Shown piece by piece: positions 47,677 to 61,354 of a stretch of DNA of 64,000 nucleotides. The position numbers and the translations under genes were made by a program. The notes below the pieces were generated by a model. The model was not told the origin of the DNA. It was given only the letters and a program-made list of their open reading frames with translations, and searched no databases. How positions within the stretch are numbered: the first letter of the stretch is position 1; each line of letters opens with the position of its first letter. The stretch is from Basidiobolus meristosporus CBS 931.73 (lineage: Eukaryota; Fungi; Basidiobolomycota). The DNA is taken from assembly GCA_002104905.1 (NCBI GenBank), contig MCFE01000367.1, positions 1 through 64,000 of the forward strand, given 5' to 3'.

Positions 47677-50600
47677 ATGGTGAACAAGTATTTTATGTGA
47701 TTTTCACCTAATGATATATTGAGTGTAAAGTAGTATTTATACTTTTACATGCTCTTGGTATAACAAGCATGTAGAATAGGTTAAGGAAGGTCCCAAGAGC
47801 ATTTGTGCATAGTTTGGGGCTGTTTGGACAACTTTGAGAATTTTCATGTTCTGGGTACTTGGTATTGTGGTGAAAATATTATAGGTGGAATTACAAACTT
47901 CCACAACACTCCCACTCAGCAAAATGTTCATACTGACTAGTTCTAATTTTGACCTAAGATATTCAAACTTGCCTTTAGCTAATGGCTTGACAAATGTGTC
48001 TGCAATCATTTCATATGAAGGACAGTCAACTAAGTTAAGCTTTTCTCTATTGCTTCATGTATGAAATGATGTCCAGTTTCTATGTGCTTGGCTCTAGCAT
48101 GTAAAGTTGGATTTCTACCTAGTTGTATACATCCTTGATTATTTTGAAATAAGGTAATAGTCATTTTTGACATAGGCCTAAATCTGTAAAAAGCTTTCTT
48201 AACCATATTACTTCTTTGTAGCTTCACAGGCTCCCATATAATCTGTGTCTGTGGTAGAAAGTGCTACAGATGGTTGCTTTCTTTAATCATGAAAATACTC
48301 CTTTCAGAAATGAAAGGTGTATGCTGTGATGGATCTTCTGTCTTCCAGATTTTGCCCCCAATCAGCATCAGATTATCTCACTAGATCCTGTTCTGAATCC
48401 TTATAAGTGTTGAAATATTGGACTATTTGGTATCATTCAGCAGCTAAAAATTTACCGCACAATTCTAGACTAGTCTTTGTCACTGTAGGACTCATTTACT
48501 GCCTTAACTTTGCCACTTTCTCCTGATATATGATCTTATGATTATTCCCATATAGTCAGGATCAAATTAGCACTATTGCCAAACATTATGAACTAACCCT
48601 GAAACTGTTACAGAATGTTCCTGAATATTGAGACACCCTCCCTACTTAGTGTTACAGCTGTATTACTTCTACAAAGGTATAAATACTGAGCGTCTTTATG
48701 AATAAACCACAGTTCAACTATTATCACTATTTCTTTATAAGTTCCCTATATCCAAATCACTTCTTAAATTGCAACAATAAGTGTATCTTAGGCAAGTATC
48801 AGCAGTTCCTTTTAGGTATTAAAAATCCGCTTAACTGCTGCAATATGATCAGATCCATAGTTCTGATTATGTTGGCTGACAACTCCCACAGAATATGAGA
48901 TATCTGGACTTGTTCCCAAGCATGTTATACAACATGCTGCCAACCATAGAGTGATAAGGAATGTCAGGGCTTTCAGAGGGCACCAAGCTCTCTTGATTTG
49001 GTTGAGTTTTGATCAAGTTAAGGTTTGTCTCCATTGGGGTAGCTGCAGGTCTACAGTCTTCCATTTGTTACTTCTTTAGTATATCTTGTGTATACTAGGA
49101 TGGGCTTAGAGTGTTTGACTGGATACTTCTATCAATGGAGAACTTAATCCCTGAGTAGCAATTAATTAATCCCTTAGTAGCAACTGAGTTCTCCCAGATT
49201 GGACATCTTGAACTCCTTAAACAGGCTGGATTTAGTCTCTTCCAATGTTGCTAGGTTACTGGTGGCTTTAATAAGATCATCCGCATATAGCGCTAATAGC
49301 ACCGGATTTGCTCTATCTGGCTTATAGTATACACTATAGTCAGCATTACTCCTTTTGAACTCAAAGATTCCAAATAAGCATCTATCTTGCAATTCCAAGC
49401 TCATGGTGATTATTTAAGACCTTGTAGAGACTTTTTAAGCTAGCAGACCAAATGGGGGTTATCTTGGTCAACAAACACATCTGGCTGGTCATGCAAGCAT
49501 CCTCATCAAGTTCTTTATTCAAAAATGCAGTTTTACATCCATTTGTTAAATAAAAATCTTATATTAGACTGCAATAACTAATATTAATCTGATAGGATTA
49601 AACTTGGCAACCAGTGCAAAGGTCTCAGTATAGTCAAGTCCTTTTGTTAGAGAATGTTCTTTGGCCATAAGTCTTGCTTTGCATCTTTCAATTGTACCAT
49701 CAGCCTTGTATTTTGTCTTGAAGACCCATCTGCATCCAATTGATTTTTGGTTGATTGGTAATTTGACTAAGTCCCAAGTTTGATTTCCATCAGGGCCTGA
49801 TATTCCTTAGTCATTGCCAATCTCCAAAACTTTGTCTGAGGGCTATATAGTGCCTCTTTTACAGTCTGGGGCTTGTCAAAATGGACTGAATAGGAATAGG
49901 CTCAGTTTGTACCCTCATTGATTTAGTGATTTGGGCTATTTCTTGTCCAGTTGGATCTCATGGCATTTGATACTGGAGTGATCACTACTGGGATATTCCT
50001 GGGCACTAATCCCAGCTAAACCATACTTGCAGAGTCCTCTAGAGTGAAAAGTTCTCATTTTTTTGCTCTGATTCAATCATAACTATTGGTAGACTTGAGA
50101 TCAAATATTTGTCATCATCTGATGTCATTTTTAGTAAGAATTTCAACTTTCTTCATACAACCCATCCCTGGACTTAATCAGCTTCTTTGCTTTGGTATTG
50201 CAGAGTCAGTATGCCTTACTCTCATTGCAGTAGCTCAAAAATATGTGTTTTACACATTTTGCCTCAAATTTTGACTGATTTCCAGGCAGTTTCTTTGCAT
50301 ATGCTGTACACCCAAATAATCTTAGATGTTCTGCACTTGGTCTGTACCAATGCCATGCTTCAAATGCAGTAGAATCAAAGAGTATTCCATTAGATCTCCT
50401 ATTTCAGGGGTCTACAGGAGTAGCCACTAATTCCGCCTAAAAATCATAGGATAATTTTTGATCATATATAATAGATGTTGCAATATGAGTTATTGATCTG
50501 TTAGCATGTTCTGCTACACCATTTTGCTGTGGGGAGTATGGTACAGTAGTGTCTTGCTTTATCCCATGAACTTTGCAGCAGCAAATGTAGAGTTTAGAGG

Positions 50601-52620
50601 TATATTCTCCACCATTGTCAGGGCATATTTTCTTGATTTGTTCACCAGTTTCACTCTCCACCATGGCTTTGAACTCTCTGAGCTTAGACAGAGCTTCTCC
50701 CTTTCTCTCCATGAAGTAAACCCATGTGTATCTTGTATAATCATAAATAAAAGTGACCAAATATTTCATCCTGCCATAGGACAAACTTACATAGGTCCGC
50801 ACAGATCTAAGTGAATTACATCTCATCTTTTCTTAGTTTTGAGCAATCCAGAGCTCTTGAACAGTTGTCTGGCTTGATTCCCATATATGTAGGCTTCACA
50901 GTACTTCAAATTAGCTTTGGGATCAATTTTCACTATGGAAACTAGCTGATATTTGATTATTTTGTGCATATTATCATAGTTAATTTGCCTAATTCTCCTG
51001 TCCCAAAGCATTGATGTTTCTTCATTTAAGTTACTTATATTGGCTTCCAGATATGATGGAATATAAGTCAACTTGTATAGATCTTGATCTTTGATAACCA
51101 GAGTAAAATGGGCACTATTTTGATTGGTGATCCTGCATCCAGAATTGTCAAAGCTGAAACTGAGTTCTTCTGCTACTGCCTTGCTTACAGATAGTAGGTT
51201 CTTGACTATTTCTGGTACACAGAGTACTTCTTTAAAGATCAGTGTATGGCTTCCTTCACTGCTGCTAAGGTTCACCTGGATAGTTCCTTCTCCCATTGCA
51301 TCATGTGTTCTAGTGTCATCTATGAAAACCTTCTTGAATGGAATTTCCAGATATTGGGTAAAAAGTTCATTTTGGTGTGTCAAGTTTTAAATGCTCCAGA
51401 GTCAAAATACCATGTCTGAGAATTCTTGTTTGTGGTCATATTTAGCGCAGATATGAATAGTCTATCTTCAGTTGTTGCAGCATTTCCATATTCAGGCTTC
51501 TTTTGTTGATTATCTCTCTTTACAAGACACCACTCTGATGTATGTCCTTTCCTTTTGCAGTAGTTGCAAACAGGTTGCTGTTGCCTTTGTAGGGTCTTGG
51601 GTACCTTCATTGTTGCTTATCATTGCTTATTAAAGTATTTTCTTCTTCCTTCTAATTGGCACTGGATTTTCTTAACTCATCATCCAGGAGCCTTCCATGA
51701 ATGTAATTTAAGGTCAAATATTTTGTTCTGGACTCTAGGGCCAGTACAAGGCCCTGAAGCTTGTCTGTCAGGGTATTCAGAATAGTAACTATCATATCCT
51801 CATCAGTAGTTGGTATGTCCACAGACTCCATTTCATCTACCAGCAGGGTAATTCTGTTGATTAGATTTTTTGTTTCTTCTCCTGGCTACATCTTTGTAGT
51901 AAGGAATTTTTGTCTCAGATATATTTTCTTAGCTGCTGAACATGACTGGTAGGTATCTTCCAAAGCCTTCAAGGCATTCTTTGCTGTTTTTGCCCTTGAG
52001 CATTGAGTTAGCAACTTGTCTTTAACATTACAGCAAATGCAGTTAAAGGCACTTAGTTCATTTGTCTGGTACTTTAAGGATTCCTCTTCCACATTTCTAG
52101 GAGGGCATTCTTCCCCATGACAATATTCCAAAGGCATCTTTCTTGTGGCAGCATCATCATCTTCACCTTCCGCACTTGGTAGTTGAGTCTATCCAGCTTT
52201 TCAGCACAGGGAAGAATTTCAGTAATAGCAGTAGTAGACATTGCAGAGAGTGACATCTTGGGGCTCATAACCTGTTGTAAGAGTGTTGGAGATATTGGAA
52301 GTGGTTTGGGAGAACTAGTAGATTTAGTGGTCATCACTTGATGATTTATTGATTGTAAATGTAATATTGATACTTTAGCATGGTCTTGACATAACAAACA
52401 TAGAAATCAGGTTAAGGAAGGTCCCAAGAACATGTTTGCAAAGTTTGGGGCTGTTTGGACAACTTTGAGAATTTTCATGTTCTGGGTACCTAGTATTTTG
52501 GTGAAAATGCGCTGTAAATCCCAACAAGGAATTTGGTCAGTATTCTCTAGGATTTGAAGGTAATGATCTAAGTGACTAAGCTAGGTGAAGATTTTGGTGG
52601 AATTACAATCTTTTACAACA
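47677..52620 (-). mobile_element. Near full-length degenerate family A copia (copy A3)
   Basis: 5' LTR 52273-52620, PBS 52261-52272, PPT 47909-47917, truncated 3' LTR ~47677-47908. Domains are collinear with A1; RT motif LALYADD. Confidence 0.92.
48408..48776 (+). repeat. Solo LTR, family B (369 bp), inside A3 RNase H
   Basis: TGTTGAAATA...TTGCAACA; TSD ATAAG at 48403-48407 and 48777-48781. Confidence 0.93.
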
Positions 52621-54420
52621 TTTTGAGCCTAATATCAAGTATATTAGTGAAAGCTATACCTTCTATCAGTATATCAAACGCCCAATAAACTATTTCAGTG
52701 TTAGCATACTGAAAGCTGTTGTATATTGTTGATTAGCCTCTACATTGTAGAACAAGACCCAAACTAATCATAATACAATACAACAGATCCTGATGGCTCA
52801 TCTGGATTGGATCCACCTGTAGGACCAAGTTATTGCTCTTAAGGTATTAAAGGAATGTTTGCCGTAACCCAGTCAGTATCTTGCAGGGTGAGACTTGTGG
52901 CAAAGGAAGGCTTTTCACTAATACAATATCTCAAAACCAATATTGCACTGATTTCTTTAGTTTGCATTTGCTATTGCAACACACAAATGAATGATAAGGA
53001 TATTCCTACTTTGAAGGATAAAAGCTCAAGACCCTGAAAAGCAATCCACCCATGAATAATATGTCATGCAGAACACACTGTAGCTAACGCATGTTTTAAA
53101 TTTAGCTCATTTGAAGCAGTACATATGGAGTTATGATCCAGAGAGTTCAATTACCATTTAAAATAGGCCTCTATTGCAAGGATTACTATGGTGACTTTGA
53201 TTTCATATAGCTTTTGGACCAGCCATTCAAATCATTTGAAATAATCATAGGTGTTTGTCAATCTCCAATTTGCACCACTGCAAAATTTTAGCTTTGTATC
53301 ACATTTATTGCTTGCCCAATTGCCCAAAAACTTTGAACATTCAGAATTTCCATATATATGACTTCCCAAGCTGAAAAATAAAATGAGATCCTCTCTTTCC
53401 AAAATCTCCACACTACAATTACAAGCTTAAAGGTTATAGGACTTCCCCAGCATCACCTGCACTGTTAAATATTTTGACTTTGATTAGCACAACATCAGCC
53501 AGTGACTGTAAAGCCCACATGAACCTGATCGAAGTTCTACAAGAAAACTATTACTTTTCTGTTGGAAAAGTCTCACTGAGAAGCCCATTACTCTTAAGAC
53601 ACCCCTTTAGGTTAAAGGGGAGTTCAGACTTCCCATATGAGGAAATATATTCCCACAAGGGAAAGTGACTTTCAAATAAGAAAAAGTTACTATAAAAATA
53701 AATAAGCCCAATAGCTGACAGAAGGTCAGAACACTGCAGCACAAGTGTGAAATACTGCATACAGTATATTTTGAGCCTAATACTGAGGATATTGGTGAAA
53801 GATATATCTTCAATCAATATATCAAGCTTCCAATAAACTATTGTGGTATTAGCGTACTTGAAGCTGTTGTATATTGTTTGTTGGCCTCTGCATTATAGAA
53901 CAAGCCTCAAGCTAATCATAATACAACACAGCAGACACAGAGGCAGAAGTCTAGCCCAATTGGTGTCTGGGCCTAGCTGGTGTGCAGATAGGTTGTGACT
54001 AAACTTGTAAAGAAGCTCAATGGGATTCTTTATTGCATTGGCTCCTGAAGTATAAAGATGGAAGAGTCCTGAGACAACCACCAGAGCAGGTCTAGTAGGA
54101 AGTGTAGATCTGGATGATCCAAAGGCAGGATTTCTTAGTGGCTGATGCAGAGCAAGACTTGGCGGACTCTCAGTGCTGTCAAATACTTTTTCAACATTCT
54201 CCATGGCTTCTTTGATTATTCCAATTTCAGCTTGGTTACTACATGTAACTTCAAGGAGTTCATCTGTACAACAATTGTTGGATCATCTCTTAGCAAGCTT
54301 TGAGTGCGTCAGTACCAAGGTGTTTCTTTCATACATGAAGTTTTCAAGCTACTTGCTAAGTTATTCCTTATTTCTTTGAGCTTCTTGCAACATGGGAAGA
54401 TTTAGATTACTTGCCGATGA
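52621..54420. repeat. Unclassified repeat (family G) with an internal ~170-bp direct repeat
   Basis: ttttgagcctaata...ctaatcataatacaa at 52621 and 53769; shares motifs with 15455-15500 and 18300-18350. Confidence 0.5.
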
Positions 54421-55059
54421 GTGCATCTTGTAAAGCAGTTGAATATATTGGAACTCAATGCAAAAGATATTGTATACAAGAGGAAAGCTTAATAAAACTC
54501 CTGAATGGACTAACTGAACCAAAGGACAGTTAAGTGCAGAATTTTGGAATTGTCAGAGTGTGGCAGAAATATTGGCAGAGAGATTCTGATCTAATATGAG
54601 TGTTAAATTTAGATGGGCTTGGCTATAAAGGCAACAGAGTTGGTTTGCTAGACAGGCTGGGCTTGGTGCTATGGGAGTGCTAGATATACTAAGCTTAGAT
54701 AGAAACTAGAACAAAATTGCAGAATTCTTAATTTTGCTGAGACACACACTAAGCTTAAAGTCTCAGTAAACCTTTTTATACTTTTCTGATCATGATGAGT
54801 TAGTATGCCCCAAGAGACTGGATTCATGGAAACCAGCTAGGGTATGGTTAGGTAAATAAGATAAATGAAATTGCATCATCATTCAACTTATGTCTTGGCA
54901 ACTGTTAAGTGGTTGGATAGATCTCATATGACTAGTCACTTGGAAAGGCTTAGCAGATCAATTGTCTGGGATTAGTTATTTCTTGGTCAGGGAAAAGCAG
55001 TTGGAGCACTACATTTTCCAATGTAGTAAAATTGGCCAAGTCTTAAATGTTGAAGAGCA

Positions 55060-55940
55060 ACAGTTGCCACTGCTCTGTACCTTAAAAATAGGAGTTATAG
55101 CAGAGTACTTTGCAAATGTACTCCATTTGCGGCATGATATGGCTACAGACCAAGTGCAGAACATTTAAGAACATTTGGGTGTACAACTGATCAAATCCAG
55201 AGATCTGTTGTTTCATGATAATTCAAAAATTTCAAAAAAAGGTTTTCAGAAGATGACAAAAATCTGATTTTAAGTTCACCAACAGTCACAATTGAGTCAG
55301 TGCAAAGCAATAAAGACTTTTCACTTCAGAGGACACCACAATCATGATTCAGCCTGAACCAGTTCCCAGGTATATTCCAGTAACACAAATCAGCAGATCC
55401 AACCAGATCAGAAATAGACCAAATTGTTATTTCAATGAGAGTACAAGCTTTGCCTATGCCTATTCAGTCCATATTGATGAGCATCAGACAGTAATAATGG
55501 CCCTAAATAGCCCTCAGACAAAGTTTTGGAGACTTGCAATGTTTGAGCAGTATTACACTCTGATAGAAAATCAAATGTGGGACTTAGTCAAATCTCTAAT
55601 CAAACAAAAATGAATTGGGTGCTGATAAGTCTTCAAGTCAAAATACAAGTCCAATTGTGCTATTGATAGATACAACAAAAGACCAATGACAACAGGACAC
55701 TCTTAAGCAAAAGGACTTGACCATAATGAGGCCTTTGCATCAGTAGCCAAGTTTAATTTCATTGGATTAATATTGGCTATTGCAGTTGAATAAATGTTCT
55801 TTATACATCATATAGATGCAAAAAATGCATTTTTGAATGAGGAACCTGATGAGGATTTGTACATGGACCAGCCTGATGGGTGTACTCACCAGAATAGCCC
55901 CCACTTGTTCTGCAAGCTTGAAGATCTCCACACAGTCTGA
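55060..55940 (+). pseudogene. Family A copia integrase-RT remnant
   Basis: Collinear with A1 5690-6700 with deletions (FAYAYSVHIDE, ALNSPQTKFWR). Confidence 0.8.
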
Positions 55941-55949
55941 AGTAGGCAT

Positions 55950-57934
55950 CATATAGTTAGAATTGCTTTGGGTATTCCATATACAGTTTGAATCAATATA
56001 TACAATGGCCTCCTGCCTACTAACCTCTGCAAATGCACACATCTATTGCAATTGACATACTTCTATCACCTCTGCCTACAGCTTTTTAGTGTGATACTTG
56101 CAAGGTTGCCAAATACCTTGTATTGCTGGTAGCATATACATCTTACAAACACATGCTTGATTGTTGCCACTCCTGCCATGAATACCTCCTGAATATCCAC
56201 AAACAACCCACTCTGCAATGTTATGCCAATTGGTTTAAATTCCTCTGATATCCTAAAGGGCTTATTTAACCAGAAATGTCCCAAGTACAACTTGTTCATC
56301 AGCTTAGAGAAGTGTTGAAGAGCAAATGCATTGCTCCCAGTGTAAAGCTTTTGTTCCAACAGATACCCTCTATTTTAAGTATCTCTGGTTTCCAATTAAA
56401 TTCATATTTGGGACAATGACTGGTAGATTGCCAACTTTGCTGCAATTGCACAACAACTCCTCTATGTTCTCTCTGCAGGAATATGATGTTCTTAGCATTG
56501 GTGCTTGGATAATAGCAATGTGTGTAAGTTATGGAGTATATTACTAGGATCTCACACATTGAACCACAATACTGTCCATTGTGCCAAGAAAAGCTGGCTA
56601 TCTTGCTGATGGCTGGGTTACCTCCAATGCAGATAGCAAAATGCACTTTGATATGGTAACCATTTATTGCTATCCTGCTAGAAAGAATACATAATTCATC
56701 CAGCAATGGATGCAGGTAGCTAATCAGGTTGGACAGTGATTTAGGCTCAGATACCAGTTAGACTGCTGTCAAACTTTGGCTTTGCTACTGTAAGATAGGT
56801 GCAGATTCAGGCTGATGAGAATCAGCAGCCAGCAGTATGTGCCTGTAGAGTAATTTTTTAATACAAATCCATCAAGAGCCAAGGCAAAGGCATGGGCATA
56901 TGTACCTTCAAAGTAGCCCTTACTTTTTAGCTGTTTGTAATGTTTACCATCAAATATAATAGATATGTTTATGCTTGACTCATACTGAGTGCAGTACTTT
57001 ATAGCTTTGCAATATTTGTTGGACTGCATAAGCTTCTTTAGATGGGATTTTACTGGAATATATCTGGAGTGTGAACAATGTTTTCCCACAATGGTGGTGG
57101 ATTCCTGACAAGTTGGACACCTTTCAATGGTGGCACTTTCTGATGTGAATACCATGCAACTGTTGAGATATTTTAGTATCAGAACAGTTTCTGGGTCATA
57201 TGTTGCAAGCCACACAATGGTTGTCCATTTAAATCATGTACATGGCAAGTTGAATCCTGGATGATATTGGCAAGAAGTTGTGGTAAATCCACAAAGCTCC
57301 CCTTACTGGTATTAGTGAACATGTGCCACTTCTCTAGCCACAACATCACATCATCCACCAGTAGATAGATTACTGGGCTCACTTGACTCCATAAAGTATC
57401 CATTGTATTTTGTTTCACATGTGTAGTCTCATTTCATATTGACATTTTGCTAGGCACATGCTGGTTACTGTTATTAGGGGAGATAGGCTCAAAATCCATC
57501 AGTGAGCCTGCTTCTGCAGAGCTATCACTCTGCATGCCATATTCAGAAGGCTGGGCTGAGCCTAAAGGTGTCACAAACTCACCTGACTCAGCTTGCGCAA
57601 GGCAAGAAGTACACTTAGGTGCTGTAATAAAAGTATCAGCTGACTGGGAAGATATTGTTGGTAGAGTAGTGACCAATAAATTGTCAAATATGACTTGTGA
57701 GGCAAATCACTGGCCATGATCCTTGTAATGCTTCCTATGCTGTCTGCATGCTTCATGGCTGAGAGGCATATTACAATAGCCACGCAGTCTTTTTCTCTTC
57801 TCATTCAGCATTAAATCAAAGTAATGTTGTCCATGCAGCAAACAGTTTGACACTTGACAATGTAATGCTATTGTACCATTTTTTTGTCTATACTCATGTG
57901 AGCTCAAGACAATCTTGTAATTGAGACATTGCAC
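55950..57934 (-). pseudogene. tnp2/CACTA-type transposase remnant including its N-terminus
   Basis: ERCPTCQE, IFDGKHY, AFALALDGF, LDELCILSS, GGNPAISKIASFSWHNGQY.GSMCE; multiple stops and frameshifts and a large internal deletion. Confidence 0.8.
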
Positions 57935-58080
57935 CTACATGAATGTAAGATTCAATGATGACCTGCCATAGTTAGAATTATAAAAAAAGTTGTGGCACCA
58001 CATACATGCATATATGTAGCATCATTTCTCCTTTGGTTGGACTCACTTCCATATATATGATGCCAAAAAATTAAGCAAAG

Positions 58081-59970
58081 TTGTCTGGTTCCCAACTAGA
58101 CCCCACTGCGGACAGCAGCAGAAGAACAGTTGGACAACAGCTTGTTTTAACATTCAGTGCAACAAGCAGGGATACAACCAAAAAAGACCATGTTGACAGT
58201 GTGCCCACTGTAGGTAATAATGTGGACTTCTCATGCTCTCAGTCAAGTAGGCAAATGATAATCTCTGCAAGGCCACAAGCTGACCATAATACTCAGACAA
58301 ATGAGAATGTTGCATATGCAGTACCCTTGGTTGAAGACCAGCAAGTGAGGGTAACAACATCACCACTACCTGTATTAGCAAGTATGTTGTTAGCCCATAA
58401 CAATGCAATCATGAAGCAATTAGGTGCAATGGTGGATATGATGGATGCAATGGCCCAGAGAAATCAAGAAATAGTCCAGAAACAGGATGAGCAGCTAATA
58501 TGTGTAGAGCAATCATTATCCCATGTAGAGGACACAGTGTCTTTGCTGCAAAGGAGGAACTCAAGTAGCTCAATGTCACAGCCAAGTATTGAGTCATTTT
58601 CCAATGTAGCAGCAGAGGCGTACTGCTTAGTCTTTAGAGTACAACCACAGTACCCAAAGATAAAGCCTTCATATAAACCTATTACAGTATAGGAGGGAGA
58701 GGCTGTTGGAATATATCTAAACCTAAAAATTAAAAGACACCAAATATTTGTGAAGCTGCTGAGTGCAATGGTGATGGTGGGCTATTATTCAATAGGTCAA
58801 TAGAAGTCTAGCATGGCATCATCTTAAGGCCATCATACCATGGGACCATCAGGAGCTCAAGGCCAAGCAGAATATGCTTGACCTGTTCCATGAGCATTAT
58901 TCTGGATTCAGGTAAGCAAGCAGATCTTGGGCCAGCATTGAAATGCCAAGAAAGCATCTCAAGAATAGCCAAGATTACCAACAGTAGAAGGACAAGGGTT
59001 CCATTGCTAAAAACTGGCAGCTTCCTCAAGAGTCCATCACCAGCGGAGCTGAAAGCTCCAAACAAGCAGCAAAGAATCATCAGAGAGACAGAATAGTGCA
59101 AGTAAGTGACAAGCAGGCAGAAACAGATGCATCAGTGCAGCATTTGTCAAGTAGAAAATATAGCTTGATACAAGTAGCACACAGTTGCAGTAGTAGTGAA
59201 GGACCTGGCAGTGATGAGAACCTGGAACTTTCTCAGGAGCCCATCACAAGCTGGGCTGGAAGTTCTAGACAAGAAGCAAAGAAACATCAGGTTGCCAGAG
59301 GTGTGCCATCAAGGGACAAGCAGGCAAAGTGAATGAACCAGTGCAGCAACCATTAAGGAGAGAACAGAGTACCATACAAGAAGCACCCAGTCAAAGTAGC
59401 AGTGAAAGACTTGGTGGTGACAAAGGTGAAGGTAAAGAGAAAATGGTCCACTCAATCTAGAGACAGGGATGTGTCAGAAAAATGCTGCAGTTCTCACAAA
59501 TTTATGCTGTCAGCCCAGTACTGGCTGAATCCCATCATAGCCCAGAAGAATTACCAATAAGACAACAGCTGCTTTCTTAAAAGCTGGAAGTGCAGCCAGT
59601 GGACCTACACTCCGGTGAGGTAGATGAGTTTGCCATGAAAAGCAATTTGTCTACCACTGCCTCCATGTCCTCCATTGTAAACAGAGTGGAGATCTTGCTG
59701 ACAGACAAAGCAACAATGCCTAGAACTCAAAAGACTATTGCAATGCCTACAGTGGAATTTGGAACATTAATAGGCAGACCAAGAGGTTGCAGCACTTTTC
59801 ATGAGCAGTGCTCAGGAAAAATGCACTTGAATATTGCAAGGATTTATTGTCAAGACTGGGAGATGAGGTGCTATACCTTGCAGTGCTGACTGAGGACCAG
59901 AACATATGTGAACCAGTGAATCAGCAGCAGCATAAAGCTGCAGGGTTCCCACTAAAGTCATGGAAAAAGG
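58081..59970 (+). pseudogene. ORF-X: multi-copy ORF divergent from the tnp2 transposase (predicted coiled coil + low-complexity tail)
   Basis: 203-aa open start (NNAIMKQLGAMVDMMDAMAQRNQEIVQKQDEQL) followed by broken frames; homologous remnants at 17590-18290 and 28970-30566. Confidence 0.6.
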
Positions 59971-60363
59971 GTGTTGTGGTGGTGTATAAGTCCAAGGGAG
60001 AGATATGTCTAACACTTCTCAAGTGTTTTGTATGTGGGATGTTGACTGGGTGTGATAACCTCTGGCCAAAGCTTTCTAAGAATACTTAGGTACTGTCTCT
60101 ACTCTAATGTGAGGGGGAATAAAGCTACAAGCCTGTCAAGGGAAAACTATTGAGCTACAATCCCTAACTTAGTTGGTATCTTAACAAAAGTGAAAGCTGG
60201 GTTCAGTATCCTCTGAGATGACAATGTACTAAAGCTTCCAAAGTCAAAACAATTGTACACTCCACCAGCAGAGACTTAATAAGAATGCAGCTGTGGTCAC
60301 TGTTACAAAGACAGAAAAGTATTCCTTCCTGTGCAACAAGCTTGGGAAAGAATCAAATATAAT

Positions 60364-61309
60364 AGACTTGTTCTGTTGGACAGTGCCACATTGAGCCATG
60401 AGTGCCAAATGATGCTATAGTGTGCCAGGGAGGCCAAGTAAACCTATACTTAGCCACAGAGTGTGAAGCATAGCTCTGCATCTGCATACAAAGCAGCCCC
60501 TGTGTTTCACCCATTGTGCTGGAGAATATCCATTTTTTGACCTTTTTTTAGGTCAATGTTGTCAAGGATGTGTAAGAGCACAAAAGGACTGAAGATATGC
60601 ATCTGGTACTCAACATGCACGGCAATCTGAATCTAGCTACTATGGCTTGTAACATGTCACAAAAATGCATGGCACTATCTTGGTCCACTGGTGCTATCTG
60701 GCACTATGAGTGCTTTGTATAGATCTTACTTTAGGGCTAATAATTAAATATAGTGCCAGATAGCACCAGTGGACCAAGATAGTGCCATGCATTTTTGTGA
60801 CATGTTACAAGCCACAGGAGCTAGATTCAGTGTGCTATGGGTATTGAGTACCAGATGCATGTCTTTGGTTCTTCTGTTCTCTTACACATCCTGCACAACA
60901 TTGATTCATAAAATAACGTCAAAAAATGGATTTTCTCCTGCATCATAGGTGAAACACAGGGGCTGCTTTGCATGAAGATGCAGAGCTAGACTTCACACTT
61001 TGTGGCAAAGTATAGGTTCACTTGGCCTTGCCGGCACACTATGGCATCATTTGGCACTCATGGCTCAATGTGGCACTTTCCAACAGAACAGACTTGTTGC
61101 ATCATTCCAGCTGATCATAGTGCCCAATGGTGCCATAGCATGCCAGATGGTGCCTGATCATGCCACAGAGTGCCCAACAGTGCCATACAGTGCCAATTTG
61201 GGATCAAAATTGACATGCATATGACCCTAAAATATCAAATTAATAACAAAATATAGAGCACTTTCTGGCACTATGATCAATGGCACAATGAAACAAGTCT
61301 AACAAGTCT
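60364..61309. mobile_element. Foldback MITE 2 (arms ~344 bp, 42-bp spacer 60708-60749)
   Basis: TSD AAT at 60361-60363 and 61310-61312; removing the insert restores the D LTR sequence tataataaaa seen at ~24715 (rc). Confidence 0.9.
61090..61300. mobile_element. 211-bp mini-element of the AGACTT family inserted in the right TIR of MITE 2
   Basis: AGACTTGTTGCAT...ATGAAACAAGTCT; TSD AAC at 61087-61089 and 61301-61303; six GTGCC motifs on the left and two GGCAC on the right. Confidence 0.85.
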
Positions 61310-61354
61310 AATAAAACATGCCTACTCTGAGTGTTCCTCACAAGTAGTGCCTCC

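Noticed and set aside
53040-53200. IICHAEHTVANACFKF as a transposase motif
   Set aside because: Too short and stop-ridden to assign.
54428-54960. Possible additional solo LTR
   Set aside because: No convincing TG...CA ends with a TSD and no second copy in the window.
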